A stretch of DNA of 62,259 nt, counting the filler. It is 6 parts of 6 records of this genome, joined end to end, with 100 filler letters (N's around TTAATTAATTAA, not from the genome) between each part and the next. Parts side by side here need not be neighbours in the genome. Positions count along the whole stretch, not along the records: positions 1 to 12,442 come from SRR31156797_9077; 5 more parts are not named here. One strand, 5' to 3'. Position numbers and translations under genes: made by a program. The notes below the pieces were generated by a model that was not told where the DNA came from, ran no database searches, and worked only from the letters and a program-made list of their open reading frames with translations. The stretch's first letter is position 1. Every line of letters begins with the position of its first letter. Below are positions 1-8,205 of the stretch, piece after piece.

Positions 1-140
1 TTGCCAAAATTTATGCACATCATTATAATTATAATTTTTTAGATAAATTATAACATGAAAATGTTATGAAATTGTGATAAATATTTTTTACTTCTATATT
101 TTAGACTATAATTAGATAAGTGTAAAGTTAATTATTTTTT

Positions 141-164
141 ATTTATTTATTTATTTATTTATTT
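141..164. repeat. (ATTT)6 tetranucleotide microsatellite
   Basis: Six perfect ATTT units in an intergenic region. Confidence 0.8.
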
Positions 165-190
165 AAACAGTGTTTGTCAAATTAACATAA

Positions 191-215
191 ATACTCCCCT
201 TTTTTTGAGGAGTAT
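191..215 (-). terminator. Probable intrinsic terminator downstream of the SDR
   Basis: ATACTCC...GGAGTAT stem about 45 nt past the SDR stop. Confidence 0.5.
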
Positions 216-259
216 CATATGATTATTTCTTCATAGAAAACATATCTATAATAAATTGC

Positions 260-1207
260 TTATTTACTATGTTTCGTTACAATATCCTCTAGTGTTTCCC
301 AAAATGCGATAGATTTACTATTATCAAGTACAGGATCATCTTTTCTTAATATCATTTCACCCATTGTATTATGATAATATGCACCTGAAACTAAATTATT
401 TTGTGTAGCACAAATGAGAGATGTTTGAGCACCTTTTTCAGTAGAGAGAAGCATCTTATGCCTTATTTTATCAGCGAATCCACCAACTTCTCCACCTAAA
501 CCAGATGCAACTACTCCGGGATGTACAGCATATATATCGATATCTTTATAACGTTTGGCCCACTCCTGTGCACACCATAATACTCCCAGTTTACTTCTGC
601 AATATGCTTTCTGTGCTCCTTTTGCATCATATTTGAAATCTACAGTACAATCTTTGGCAAGAAAATAGATATCTCCCGTCACCATAATAACTCTTGCTTT
701 AGTTGCTAGTTTTGAATTGTCGTATAACTTTCTAACTAGCGCATGATGCCCTAAGACATTGACTGCAAAAGTAATTTCGTAGCCCTGAGCTGACTGAGAA
801 AAATCTCTTGCAACAATTCCAGCATTCGTAACAAGAAGATCAATTTTACGATTTGGCCACTCCTTCTTAATAGATTCAACAGCTGTAAAGACACTATCTA
901 AATTAGAGAGATCAATTTGAATAAATTTCACTTCTTTTCCGGTCAGCATTTTAATTTTTTGAATGGCTTTTTCTGCTTTTGCTTCATTACGTGCCAATAT
1001 TACTACATCTGCTCCACGTTCAGCTAATCCTATAGATGTTTCTAACCCTATTCCGTTATTTCCTCCTGTTACCAATGCAAGTTTACCATCTAAACGTAAA
1101 TTTTTTGGACAATCTAAAGTGTTTTTAGATTGTCTCCAGATATTTTTAAATAATCTTCCAGCTGTAAAAGCAGGTGGTATTGTTCTCTTTTTCCTATTTG
1201 AATTCAT
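260..1207 (-). CDS. Short-chain dehydrogenase/reductase (retinol dehydrogenase/WWOX-like)
   Basis: TGGNNGIG Rossmann motif, NAG, catalytic YCRSK, HPGVV; AGGAGG RBS. Confidence 0.92.
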   Translation of the reverse strand: MNSNRKKRTIPPAFTAGRLFKNIWRQSKNTLDCPKNLRLDGKLALVTGGNNGIGLETSIGLAERGADVVILARNEAKAEKAIQKIKMLTGKEVKFIQIDLSNLDSVFTAVESIKKEWPNRKIDLLVTNAGIVARDFSQSAQGYEITFAVNVLGHHALVRKLYDNSKLATKARVIMVTGDIYFLAKDCTVDFKYDAKGAQKAYCRSKLGVLWCAQEWAKRYKDIDIYAVHPGVVASGLGGEVGGFADKIRHKMLLSTEKGAQTSLICATQNNLVSGAYYHNTMGEMILRKDDPVLDNSKSIAFWETLEDIVTKHSK

Positions 1208-1233
1208 TATTTCCTCCTAAATTCTTCAAAATG

Positions 1234-1251
1234 TACTTAGATATCTAAGTA
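1234..1251. promoter_or_regulatory. Perfect 18-bp palindrome TACTTAGATATCTAAGTA, probable MarR1 operator
   Basis: Perfect inverted repeat upstream of the SDR; a 15/18 copy lies in the marR1 promoter. Confidence 0.8.
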
Positions 1252-1286
1252 GTTGTGTTAAAATAAAGATTAAATTGAATTTCAAT

Positions 1287-1709
1287 TTAATCTTCTATAA
1301 TCTTTTCCAAAATTCTTTCTAACATTTCTTCTTCAATATCAGATAAGTTTTTATGTAGTCTTTCATTAAGTTTTTCAGTAATTTCAAGGAATATCTTTTT
1401 AAAATCAACTCCTTTTTGTGTGAGTTCAACATTGGTTGACCTACCATCAGTATTACTTTTGACCTTGCGAATATATCCAAGCTTGCCAAGTTTATTCACC
1501 AGAACTGTCACAGTTGGTTGTGTTCTGTTTATTTTTTCGGCAATCTCCTTCATCGTCATTGGGGAAGAAGCTTTATAAAGAGCCATTAAAATAGCACCGT
1601 GTGATAGCACAATTCCTTTTATTCCCCTGCTTTCAAGCTCAGATGTCACAAACTCATTCATATCATCTTTAATTTTTCCTATTAAATAAAAAGTTTTTCT
1701 TGTTTTCAT
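1287..1709 (-). CDS. MarR family regulator (MarR1), probably leaderless
   Basis: wHTH (IAEKINRTQPTVTVLVNKL), DGR wing, LTQKG; no RBS. Confidence 0.92.
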   Translation of the reverse strand: MKTRKTFYLIGKIKDDMNEFVTSELESRGIKGIVLSHGAILMALYKASSPMTMKEIAEKINRTQPTVTVLVNKLGKLGYIRKVKSNTDGRSTNVELTQKGVDFKKIFLEITEKLNERLHKNLSDIEEEMLERILEKIIED

Positions 1710-1715
1710 ACTTGA

Positions 1716-1744
1716 ATTATACTTCGATGTCTAAGTTTTGTCAA
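1716..1744 (-). promoter_or_regulatory. Consensus sigma70 promoter of marR1 with operator in the spacer
   Basis: TTGACA (1744-1739), 17-nt spacer, TATAAT (1721-1716); ATG 6 nt downstream; operator TACTTCGATGTCTAAGTT at 1720-1737. Confidence 0.88.
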
Positions 1745-1794
1745 GAGGCTTTTTTGGATATTATATTCTCAATATAAATTTTCATTAAACTTTC

Positions 1795-1803
1795 TGCTAT
1801 AAT
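1795..1803 (+). promoter_or_regulatory. Extended -10 promoter for the ycaQ-like gene
   Basis: TGcTATAAT 36 nt upstream of the ATG. Confidence 0.6.
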
Positions 1804-1839
1804 ATATATAATTAAATATAAAACAGTGAGGATAAAATT

Positions 1840-3054
1840 ATGTCAAAAATAGAAAATATTTCAATAGATCAAGCTAGAAAATTAGTACTGTTATCTCAGG
1901 AGTTGCCCTCAACAAAGAAAAATACAGGTTCGGAAAATGCAACGCTAAAAGCAATAGAACATTTGGGTTATATCCAAATAGATACAATATCTGTTGTTCA
2001 GCGAGCACATCATCATACCTTATGGAATAGAAATCCTAGCTATAAGACAGATCACATAGATAAATTGTTTAAAAATAAAGAAATTTTCGAATATTGGTCA
2101 CATGCAGCTGCATATTTGCCAATGAAGGATTATAGATACAGTTTAGTGAGAAAAAACGAAATAATTAACGGCCATCAGAAGCATTGGTTCAAACGTAATG
2201 AGGAATTGGAAAAGTTTGTATTAGATAAGATAAAGAATGAAGGCCCGCTTATGGCAAAAGATTTTGAGCATTTAGGGCCTAAAATGAAGGAATGGCAACT
2301 AAAACCTGCCAAACAAGCACTTGAGAATTTATTTATGGAAGGAAAATTGATGATTCCCAAAAGGGTAAATTTTCATAAGCTTTATGATCTGACAGAGCAG
2401 GTTTTACCTGAAGGAATAGATACTAGTGTTCCAAGTCAACAGGAATATGCAAGATTTCTGATAACTAACTACCTGCGTGCAAATGGAGTGGGTAAACAGC
2501 AAGAGATAAACTATCTCTTGAAAAATACCAAACAGATAGTGTCGCAAACTGTTAATGAGATGTTAGAGGCTGGGGAGCTACTGGAAGTAAAAGTTAAAGA
2601 TGATAACTACTATATGCTGCCGTCTTCAATGGAATTATTGAATAAGAGGCTAATGAGAAGTAAGTTAAAAATATTATCTCCATTTGATAATCTGGTGATT
2701 CAACGAAAGAGAGTGAAAAATCTATTTGACTATGATTATCAAATAGAGTGCTATGTACCTGAGGCGAAACGTCAATATGGATATTTCTCATTGCCAGTTT
2801 TATGGAATGGTAGATTAGTAGCCAGAATGGATTGCAAAGCAGACAGGAAAACATCTATTCTTCAAATTAAAAATTTGGTATTAGAATCGTGGCTTCGAAA
2901 AACAGATGACTTTTTACTGGCACTCGTAGATGAGTTAAATAACTTCATGCTGTTTAATGAGTGTAATAGAATAGAAGTACTAAAAGTTAATCGAAATGGA
3001 TTTGTTGATATGTTGAGAACTGAGTTAAAAGAACTAAATATATTACACAAATAG
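1840..3054 (+). CDS. ycaQ: YcaQ-like (HTH_42/AlkZ family) DNA crosslink glycosylase
   Basis: QID catalytic motif (YIQIDTISVVQRAH), EYWSHAA, LSPFDNL, YVPEAKRQYGYF. Confidence 0.88.
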   Translation: MSKIENISIDQARKLVLLSQELPSTKKNTGSENATLKAIEHLGYIQIDTISVVQRAHHHTLWNRNPSYKTDHIDKLFKNKEIFEYWSHAAAYLPMKDYRYSLVRKNEIINGHQKHWFKRNEELEKFVLDKIKNEGPLMAKDFEHLGPKMKEWQLKPAKQALENLFMEGKLMIPKRVNFHKLYDLTEQVLPEGIDTSVPSQQEYARFLITNYLRANGVGKQQEINYLLKNTKQIVSQTVNEMLEAGELLEVKVKDDNYYMLPSSMELLNKRLMRSKLKILSPFDNLVIQRKRVKNLFDYDYQIECYVPEAKRQYGYFSLPVLWNGRLVARMDCKADRKTSILQIKNLVLESWLRKTDDFLLALVDELNNFMLFNECNRIEVLKVNRNGFVDMLRTELKELNILHK

Positions 3055-3128
3055 GGATTAACACAAGAGTAGTTTTACTCCTTTTTTCACTTTGATTAAA
3101 AAACAGAAATAGAGAGAAAGTTTCACTA

Positions 3129-3176
3129 TATCATATAAAAAGCCTTGCTTCGTTGAGCAAGGCTTTTTATATGATA
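3129..3176. terminator. Bidirectional intrinsic terminator (21-bp perfect stem)
   Basis: TATCATATAAAAAGCCTTGCT-tcgttg-AGCAAGGCTTTTTATATGATA between convergent genes. Confidence 0.9.
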
Positions 3177-3198
3177 GTAAAGTATTAAATTTTAACTA

Positions 3199-3360
3199 TT
3201 AATAATAATGGAGATTTTCAACATTTTCTGAACTATTGCCTTCTGAACTGAAAAATTCTTTTAATATAGTGTGATCTGTAATAAATAAGTTTAGTATATC
3301 ACTAAAACTTTCGTTGTGCTCTTTTCGATGTTTAAATTCCTCTATTATATCTATTATCAT
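3199..3360 (-). CDS. Small 53-aa protein missing from the ORF track (MIIDIIEEFKHRKEHNESFSDILNLFITDHTILKEFFSSEGNSSENVENLHYY)
   Basis: AAGGAGGAG RBS, own TTGAAT-N17-TATATT promoter, terminator downstream. Confidence 0.65.
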   Translation of the reverse strand: MIIDIIEEFKHRKEHNESFSDILNLFITDHTILKEFFSSEGNSSENVENLHYY

Positions 3361-3417
3361 TTAAATCTCCTCCTTGAAAAAAATTGATCTTAACAGAATG
3401 TTTTCGGATTCAATAAT

Positions 3418-3446
3418 AATATACTACCTTTTGTTTAAAAATTCAA
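3418..3446 (-). promoter_or_regulatory. Sigma70-type promoter of the 53-aa gene
   Basis: TTGAAT (3446-3441), 17 nt, TATATT (3423-3418). Confidence 0.55.
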
Positions 3447-3569
3447 TACTTTTATTAAAAAAATACTATTTTTTAAAACCGGTGAAAAACTTTTAGTAAA
3501 CGCCTTAAATTCAAAAGCAGTAGTAAACGTAACAAAATTAAGCTGTAGTGACTTTAGTTAATAATAAAA

Positions 3570-5174
3570 TTAATTACCAAAAACCTCTAATCCGGCCAAA
3601 AATGTTTTAATAACTTTAATACTCAATATATCCTTTGTATCAATATCAAAGATGTTTTTATCTAATACAATTAAGTCTGCAAACTTCCCTTTGCTAATTG
3701 TACCAAGGACATCTTGTTGACCTGTTGCAAAATGTGGATTCTTAGTATATAAGGAGAGAGCTTCATAAACGCTTAATTTCTCATCGGGATAAAAGCCCCC
3801 CTCCGGATAAGAATTCAGATCAGTTCTGTTTACAGCAGCAAATATACCCAATAGAGGATTAAATGGTTCAACCGGACTGTCTGAACCGCCAGTTTGAATA
3901 AAGCCTTCTTTAATAAATGTTTTAAGGGTATAGCTGTTTTTAGTTCGCTCACTGCCAAGTCTGTCTTCTAACCAATAGAGATCACTAGATAGAAACGGCG
4001 GCTGAATATCCAGAATTACCGGTAATTTTTTCATACGTTCTAATAATTCAGCATTAATTAATTGCACATGAATAATTCTAAATGGCAATTCACTAACTTT
4101 ATCAGATTTATCCAGACAGTTTTCAATAGCTGTCAGAGTCATGTCCAGAGCTTTATCACCAATTGCATGAATAGCAGGCTGTAAACCTCTCTCATAAGCA
4201 GTAAATACTTTTTTATTTAGCTCATCCTGAGTGCAAACAGTAAAACCATAATTATCAGGTTCATCTGAATACGGTTCTTTTAATGCAGCCGATCGCGAGC
4301 CCATTGATCCGTCAGTGAATATTTTGTAGGCACCATGTTGAACCAATCTATATGGATTAATATGATCTTCCGCACTAAGTTTTTCTTTTTCAAATAACTG
4401 GTCTAAGCACACAGTTACACGAATTGGTAACTGATTTTTATTTTCAAACTTGCGATAAAGTTCTAAGTCTTCGTTATAATTCCATATTTTAGCTGCGTAA
4501 GTGTGAATAGCTGTTACTCCAACAGAAGACAACTCTTTAAAGCTTTTGAGCATGATTTTATTTTTTGTTTCCTCATCAGCAAGTGGATCAGGCATTATAT
4601 TATCAATTAACTTCGTAGACTGCTCTTTAAGGATTCCATTTGGCTCACCGTTTTCGAAACTCTCAATAATTCCACCTGAACCGTGATCATATCCCTTAGT
4701 TATATTAGCTAATTTTAATGCTTTAGAATTTACAACAGCTGCATGAAGGCATACTCTCTTGATAACAATAGGATGTTCAGTACTTATTTTATCCAGATCA
4801 TATCGGGTTGGGAATCTATTTTCGCTAAATTTACTTTGATCGAAATTAACTCCCTTTATCCAAGTATCTTTTGGCATATTTTTAGCTTTTTCTTTCATTA
4901 GCTTAATTACATCATCAATACTTCGTGTATTTTGTAGATCAACTTGCGTTTTATTTTGACAATAGGCATATAGATGCATATGCGCATCAGTCATACCGGG
5001 AATTACAGTTCTTTTTTCCAAATCTATAGTTTTTTTAGTTTTAAACTTTTTAGCTTCTTCATTTGAACCAGTAAATACAATTTTTCCCTCTTTTATTCCT
5101 ATTGCATCAACTACATCACCCTCAAACTCCATTGTATAACATATTCCGTTTATTAATAAAGTGTCTAATATCAT
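3570..5174 (-). CDS. YtcJ-like metal-dependent amidohydrolase (Amidohydro_3)
   Basis: PGMTDAHMH, KIFTDGSMGSRSA, HAIGD, RIIH, GSDSPV, GKFADLIVLD. Confidence 0.92.
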   Translation of the reverse strand: MILDTLLINGICYTMEFEGDVVDAIGIKEGKIVFTGSNEEAKKFKTKKTIDLEKRTVIPGMTDAHMHLYAYCQNKTQVDLQNTRSIDDVIKLMKEKAKNMPKDTWIKGVNFDQSKFSENRFPTRYDLDKISTEHPIVIKRVCLHAAVVNSKALKLANITKGYDHGSGGIIESFENGEPNGILKEQSTKLIDNIMPDPLADEETKNKIMLKSFKELSSVGVTAIHTYAAKIWNYNEDLELYRKFENKNQLPIRVTVCLDQLFEKEKLSAEDHINPYRLVQHGAYKIFTDGSMGSRSAALKEPYSDEPDNYGFTVCTQDELNKKVFTAYERGLQPAIHAIGDKALDMTLTAIENCLDKSDKVSELPFRIIHVQLINAELLERMKKLPVILDIQPPFLSSDLYWLEDRLGSERTKNSYTLKTFIKEGFIQTGGSDSPVEPFNPLLGIFAAVNRTDLNSYPEGGFYPDEKLSVYEALSLYTKNPHFATGQQDVLGTISKGKFADLIVLDKNIFDIDTKDILSIKVIKTFLAGLEVFGN

Positions 5175-5221
5175 GAGAATCTCTCCTTACACTCTTTATA
5201 GATACTAATATATTCAATAAA

Positions 5222-5241
5222 AGGAAGCTCAAAAGCTTCCT
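5222..5241 (-). terminator. Short hairpin, possible terminator
   Basis: AGGAAGCT-caaa-AGCTTCCT just past the 5260 stop. Confidence 0.5.
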
Positions 5242-5259
5242 AATTTATATATATAGTTA

Positions 5260-6336
5260 TTATAGTTCTTTTTTCATGCAAATACTATTTTCTATTCCAA
5301 CATAAGGTTCATAATTTTCAATTTCTTCATATCCTAATGATTTATATAGTTTAATTGCTTCATATTGTTTTTTACCGGTTTCTAAGATCATAGATATAAA
5401 CCCTTTTTCTTTAGCAAGATTTTCCAATTTTCCAACGATCAATTTTGCCAGTCCCTGATTTCGAGCTTCTTTGATTACAAATACTCGTTTCAGCTCAACT
5501 GTATTATGATTATATTTTTTGAAAGCACCACATGCTAAAGGAGTATTTTTATCATATATAACTATCACATCATTAATTACATCAACTTTATTGTGTTTAT
5601 CATAATCAGACTGCTTAGCGCCATATCTTTCATTTAGATCCTTGTCTAATAGCTTTATCAAGTTGATGAAATCTTTATTTTGACTAGTAGTTGTTATAAT
5701 TTCCAAATTGCTCAGCTCATTATAATTTTTTCTTAAATCTTTTGGTAGATCATCTAGCAGTTTACTGACAACAGTATATTTACTCAATTTTTCTACAACA
5801 TTTTGATCTGGTTCAGTAAATATTATCAAAATATCCTCCTCACCCAAACTTTTATCAATTGGAAATGCAAGCTGCTCTTGATTTAGATTAAATTGGGCAT
5901 TGACTCCCTCTTTATTTCCTCTTGCATCTAGTCTTATCCATTTATTATGAGATGAAATATATACTGCGTTTAAGCCATGCAGGACTAAATATGGTTTCGT
6001 TTCATTGTTTAATATTAACCTTTGATAACAAAACCCAGTTGGAATGCTGTTTGCTCTTAATAGAGCTGCAAGCAAATGTGATTTAGCATAGCAGAATCCT
6101 TCTTTGTAGGTTAATACCTCTGATGCTTTTAGTGTAACAGTATCACCACTAATATCGATAGAATGTGGAATAACATCTCTCACATATTCAAAACTTGCTT
6201 TAATTAAATCAATCTCGTTATTATGCTTCTTTTTTAACTCTAAAGCTAAGTCTTGAATTTTAATATCACTGTAATTTATAGTAGAGCTTTCTTTTAAATA
6301 ATCATCTATATTATTTGAACTTAGTTTTAGTTTCAT
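5260..6336 (-). CDS. Transglutaminase-like domain fused to a C-terminal GNAT acetyltransferase
   Basis: Cys-His-Asp motifs (GFCYAKSHLLAALLR, LHGLNAV, RLDARG); GNAT ELKRVFV..RNQGLA..ILETG..AIKLY; start reset to the ATG at 6336 behind GGAGA. Confidence 0.85.
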   Translation of the reverse strand: MKLKLSSNNIDDYLKESSTINYSDIKIQDLALELKKKHNNEIDLIKASFEYVRDVIPHSIDISGDTVTLKASEVLTYKEGFCYAKSHLLAALLRANSIPTGFCYQRLILNNETKPYLVLHGLNAVYISSHNKWIRLDARGNKEGVNAQFNLNQEQLAFPIDKSLGEEDILIIFTEPDQNVVEKLSKYTVVSKLLDDLPKDLRKNYNELSNLEIITTTSQNKDFINLIKLLDKDLNERYGAKQSDYDKHNKVDVINDVIVIYDKNTPLACGAFKKYNHNTVELKRVFVIKEARNQGLAKLIVGKLENLAKEKGFISMILETGKKQYEAIKLYKSLGYEEIENYEPYVGIENSICMKKEL

Positions 6337-6904
6337 GATCTTTCTCCCTTGAATAATACTCATCTCTTAATATTGAATAATATACTCTGTCTAAATATTT
6401 GCCATCTTGATAGAAATAATCCCTCAATGCTCCTTCATAATGCAAACCACATTTCTCAATCACTTTTTTCGAAGGCATATTACTTGAGTTATGGCATATT
6501 TGCACTTTATGTAGATTAATTTCTTCAAATCCATATTTGATTACAGCTTTTGTAGCTTCAGGAGTAAGTCCTTTTCTTTGAAAATTTTGTCCTATACAGT
6601 ATTCGATTTCAGCGAAATGATTTTTACTATCAACAAGGAAATACGCTATTTGCCCGATGCATTCATTCGTTTCACGCGATACGATTGCCCATCTGTAGTA
6701 ATCTGATTTTTTATATGAATTTATATATTTTTCAAGCAATTTATTAATTTCTTCCTGAGTTTTATAGACAGGTTCACAATACATAGATTGTACAGCTTTA
6801 TCTGCAATCCAATATTTAAGCATATCTAGGCTATCTTCGAATTTAAATTTCCGTAATATTAACCTATCTGTAATGATCTCTTTCGTTCCGATGTGTGTTA
6901 GCAT
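6311..6904 (-). CDS. RimJ/RimL-type GNAT N-acetyltransferase
   Basis: TDRLILRKF, EIEYCIG..QRKG, N.PSKKVIEKCG..YEG.LR. Confidence 0.9.
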   Translation of the reverse strand: MLTHIGTKEIITDRLILRKFKFEDSLDMLKYWIADKAVQSMYCEPVYKTQEEINKLLEKYINSYKKSDYYRWAIVSRETNECIGQIAYFLVDSKNHFAEIEYCIGQNFQRKGLTPEATKAVIKYGFEEINLHKVQICHNSSNMPSKKVIEKCGLHYEGALRDYFYQDGKYLDRVYYSILRDEYYSREKDHETKTKFK

Positions 6905-6916
6905 AATATTGCCCCC

Positions 6917-7076
6917 CTATTTTACTATTAAAAGTTCCGATGTTTCCAAATCAACAATAACACTTCTAGTATCATTTTTACTTAGATACAACTATATCAC
7001 AATTATTTTTACTTATCTGCTTTTTAAGAAGTGTTAAATCATTACTTCTTTTAGCTTGTGTTATTAATATTTTCAT
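6917..7076 (-). pseudogene. Internally deleted carbon-nitrogen hydrolase-like gene relic
   Basis: AGGAGA RBS, then MKILITQAK...CDIVV (nitrilase-like N-terminus that stops before the expected FPE), joined out of frame to a C-terminal SKNDTRSVIVDLETSELLIVK*; that stop overlaps the next RBS. Confidence 0.55.
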
Positions 7077-7107
7077 TTATTCTCCTAGTATGTTCTATTT
7101 GAATATT

Positions 7108-7137
7108 ATTATAGCATTTTTTATTATCTGACTTCAA
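7108..7137 (-). promoter_or_regulatory. Promoter of the hydrolase relic/GNAT operon
   Basis: TTGAAG-N18-TATAAT with extended TG. Confidence 0.55.
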
Positions 7138-7306
7138 CGCTCCTTTTGACAAAAATATAAATATTAGCTTTTATGAATACTATTTTTTTTACTAATTACT
7201 TAGAGTGAAGAGGTATAGTTTAAAATTAACAATACAATTTCACTCAGGATATAATACGTAGTTTTATTTTAAGTGAGTAGGAATAAGTAAAAAAATCAAA
7301 ATGTTA

Positions 7307-7353
7307 TTGACTCTAAAAACGACTTATGATATTATTAGTTAGATGGCGAACTA
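7307..7353 (+). promoter_or_regulatory. marR2 promoter and adjacent operator
   Basis: TTGACT (7307-7312), N17, TATTAT (7330-7335) with TG extension, then TAGTTAGATGGCGAACTA (7336-7353). Confidence 0.75.
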
Positions 7354-7373
7354 TCTGAAAGGTGATGTTGTGA

Positions 7374-7853
7374 ATGGATAATAGCATATCAATTATTGCT
7401 GGAATTCGAGATTTGGCTCATAAATTTATTGAAAAAGAGTTTGAAAAAAGAGGAATTAAAGGTCTTGTAACATCTCATGGTGAGATATTGATTCAACTAA
7501 TGAAACATGGTGAATTATCAAAATCTGAGATTGCAAGTAGAATCGGAAGAAAAAAAGCAACTGTTACAACATTAATTAATAAACTTGATAAAATTGGTTT
7601 TATAAAGCAGGAAAAATTAGCTAGTGATAATAGATACACGATGATCTCTTTAACTGTGAAAGGTAAAGAGTTTAAAAAAGATATAACAGAAATATCTAAG
7701 CAGATATATGCTACTGAATATATTGATATTAATGAAGAGGAAAAGAAGATTTTTCTCAGTGTAATTGAAAAAATATATGAAAACTTTTTTATAAAAATGA
7801 ATCCCGGGGATTCATTACCAAAAACGAGAGGAAATATCAATACGAAGATATAA
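7374..7853 (+). CDS. MarR family regulator (MarR2), paralogue of MarR1
   Basis: RGIKGLVTSHGEIL (MarR1: RGIKGIVLSHGAIL), wHTH IASRIGRKKATVTTLINKL, DNR wing. Confidence 0.92.
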   Translation: MDNSISIIAGIRDLAHKFIEKEFEKRGIKGLVTSHGEILIQLMKHGELSKSEIASRIGRKKATVTTLINKLDKIGFIKQEKLASDNRYTMISLTVKGKEFKKDITEISKQIYATEYIDINEEEKKIFLSVIEKIYENFFIKMNPGDSLPKTRGNINTKI

Positions 7854-7872
7854 GGTCATTTTTTTAAATCAA

Positions 7873-7890
7873 TAGTTAGACAGCGTACTA
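7873..7890. promoter_or_regulatory. MarR2-type operator copy TAGTTAGACAGCGTACTA
   Basis: 14/18 match to the palindrome TAGTTAGATATCTAACTA. Confidence 0.65.
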
Positions 7891-7919
7891 ATATTATGCT
7901 GTTTTAATTTTTAAACTAA

Positions 7920-7937
7920 TGGTAAGGTATCTAACTA
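7920..7937. promoter_or_regulatory. MarR2-type operator copy TGGTAAGGTATCTAACTA
   Basis: 15/18 match; upstream of the small lipoprotein gene. Confidence 0.65.
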
Positions 7938-7982
7938 ATTTAAGTGATGTTTCTAATCAGTAAACGGAGGAGGTGTGTTGAG

Positions 7983-8120
7983 TTGAAAAAAATACTGTTA
8001 GTATTACTATTGGTAGTTATTGTCCTTGGAACGGGATGTTCAAGAAGAAGAGCAAAAGTTAGGAAAAAATTTGCAAATGCAAATTATGAAATTAGTATGA
8101 ACAATACGTTCAATTGCTGA
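7983..8120 (+). CDS. 45-aa putative lipoprotein missing from the ORF track (MKKILLVLLLVVIVLGTGCSRRRAKVRKKFANANYEISMNNTFNC)
   Basis: GGAGGAGG RBS, TTG start, hydrophobic core, GTG-C lipobox. Confidence 0.7.
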   Translation: MKKILLVLLLVVIVLGTGCSRRRAKVRKKFANANYEISMNNTFNC

Positions 8121-8141
8121 GGAGTAAAAATTTTATCATAA

Positions 8142-8159
8142 TAGTAAGATATCGAACTA
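8142..8159. promoter_or_regulatory. MarR2-type operator copy TAGTAAGATATCGAACTA
   Basis: 16/18 match; upstream of the SnoaL-like gene. Confidence 0.7.
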
Positions 8160-8205
8160 CTATAACGAGAATATGTAATTTACAAATAATAAGGAGGAGA
8201 ATTAA

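Noticed and set aside
6979-6994. TACTTAGATA half-match to the MarR1 operator at the relic's junction
   Set aside because: The right half does not match at the correct spacing; likely chance in AT-rich DNA
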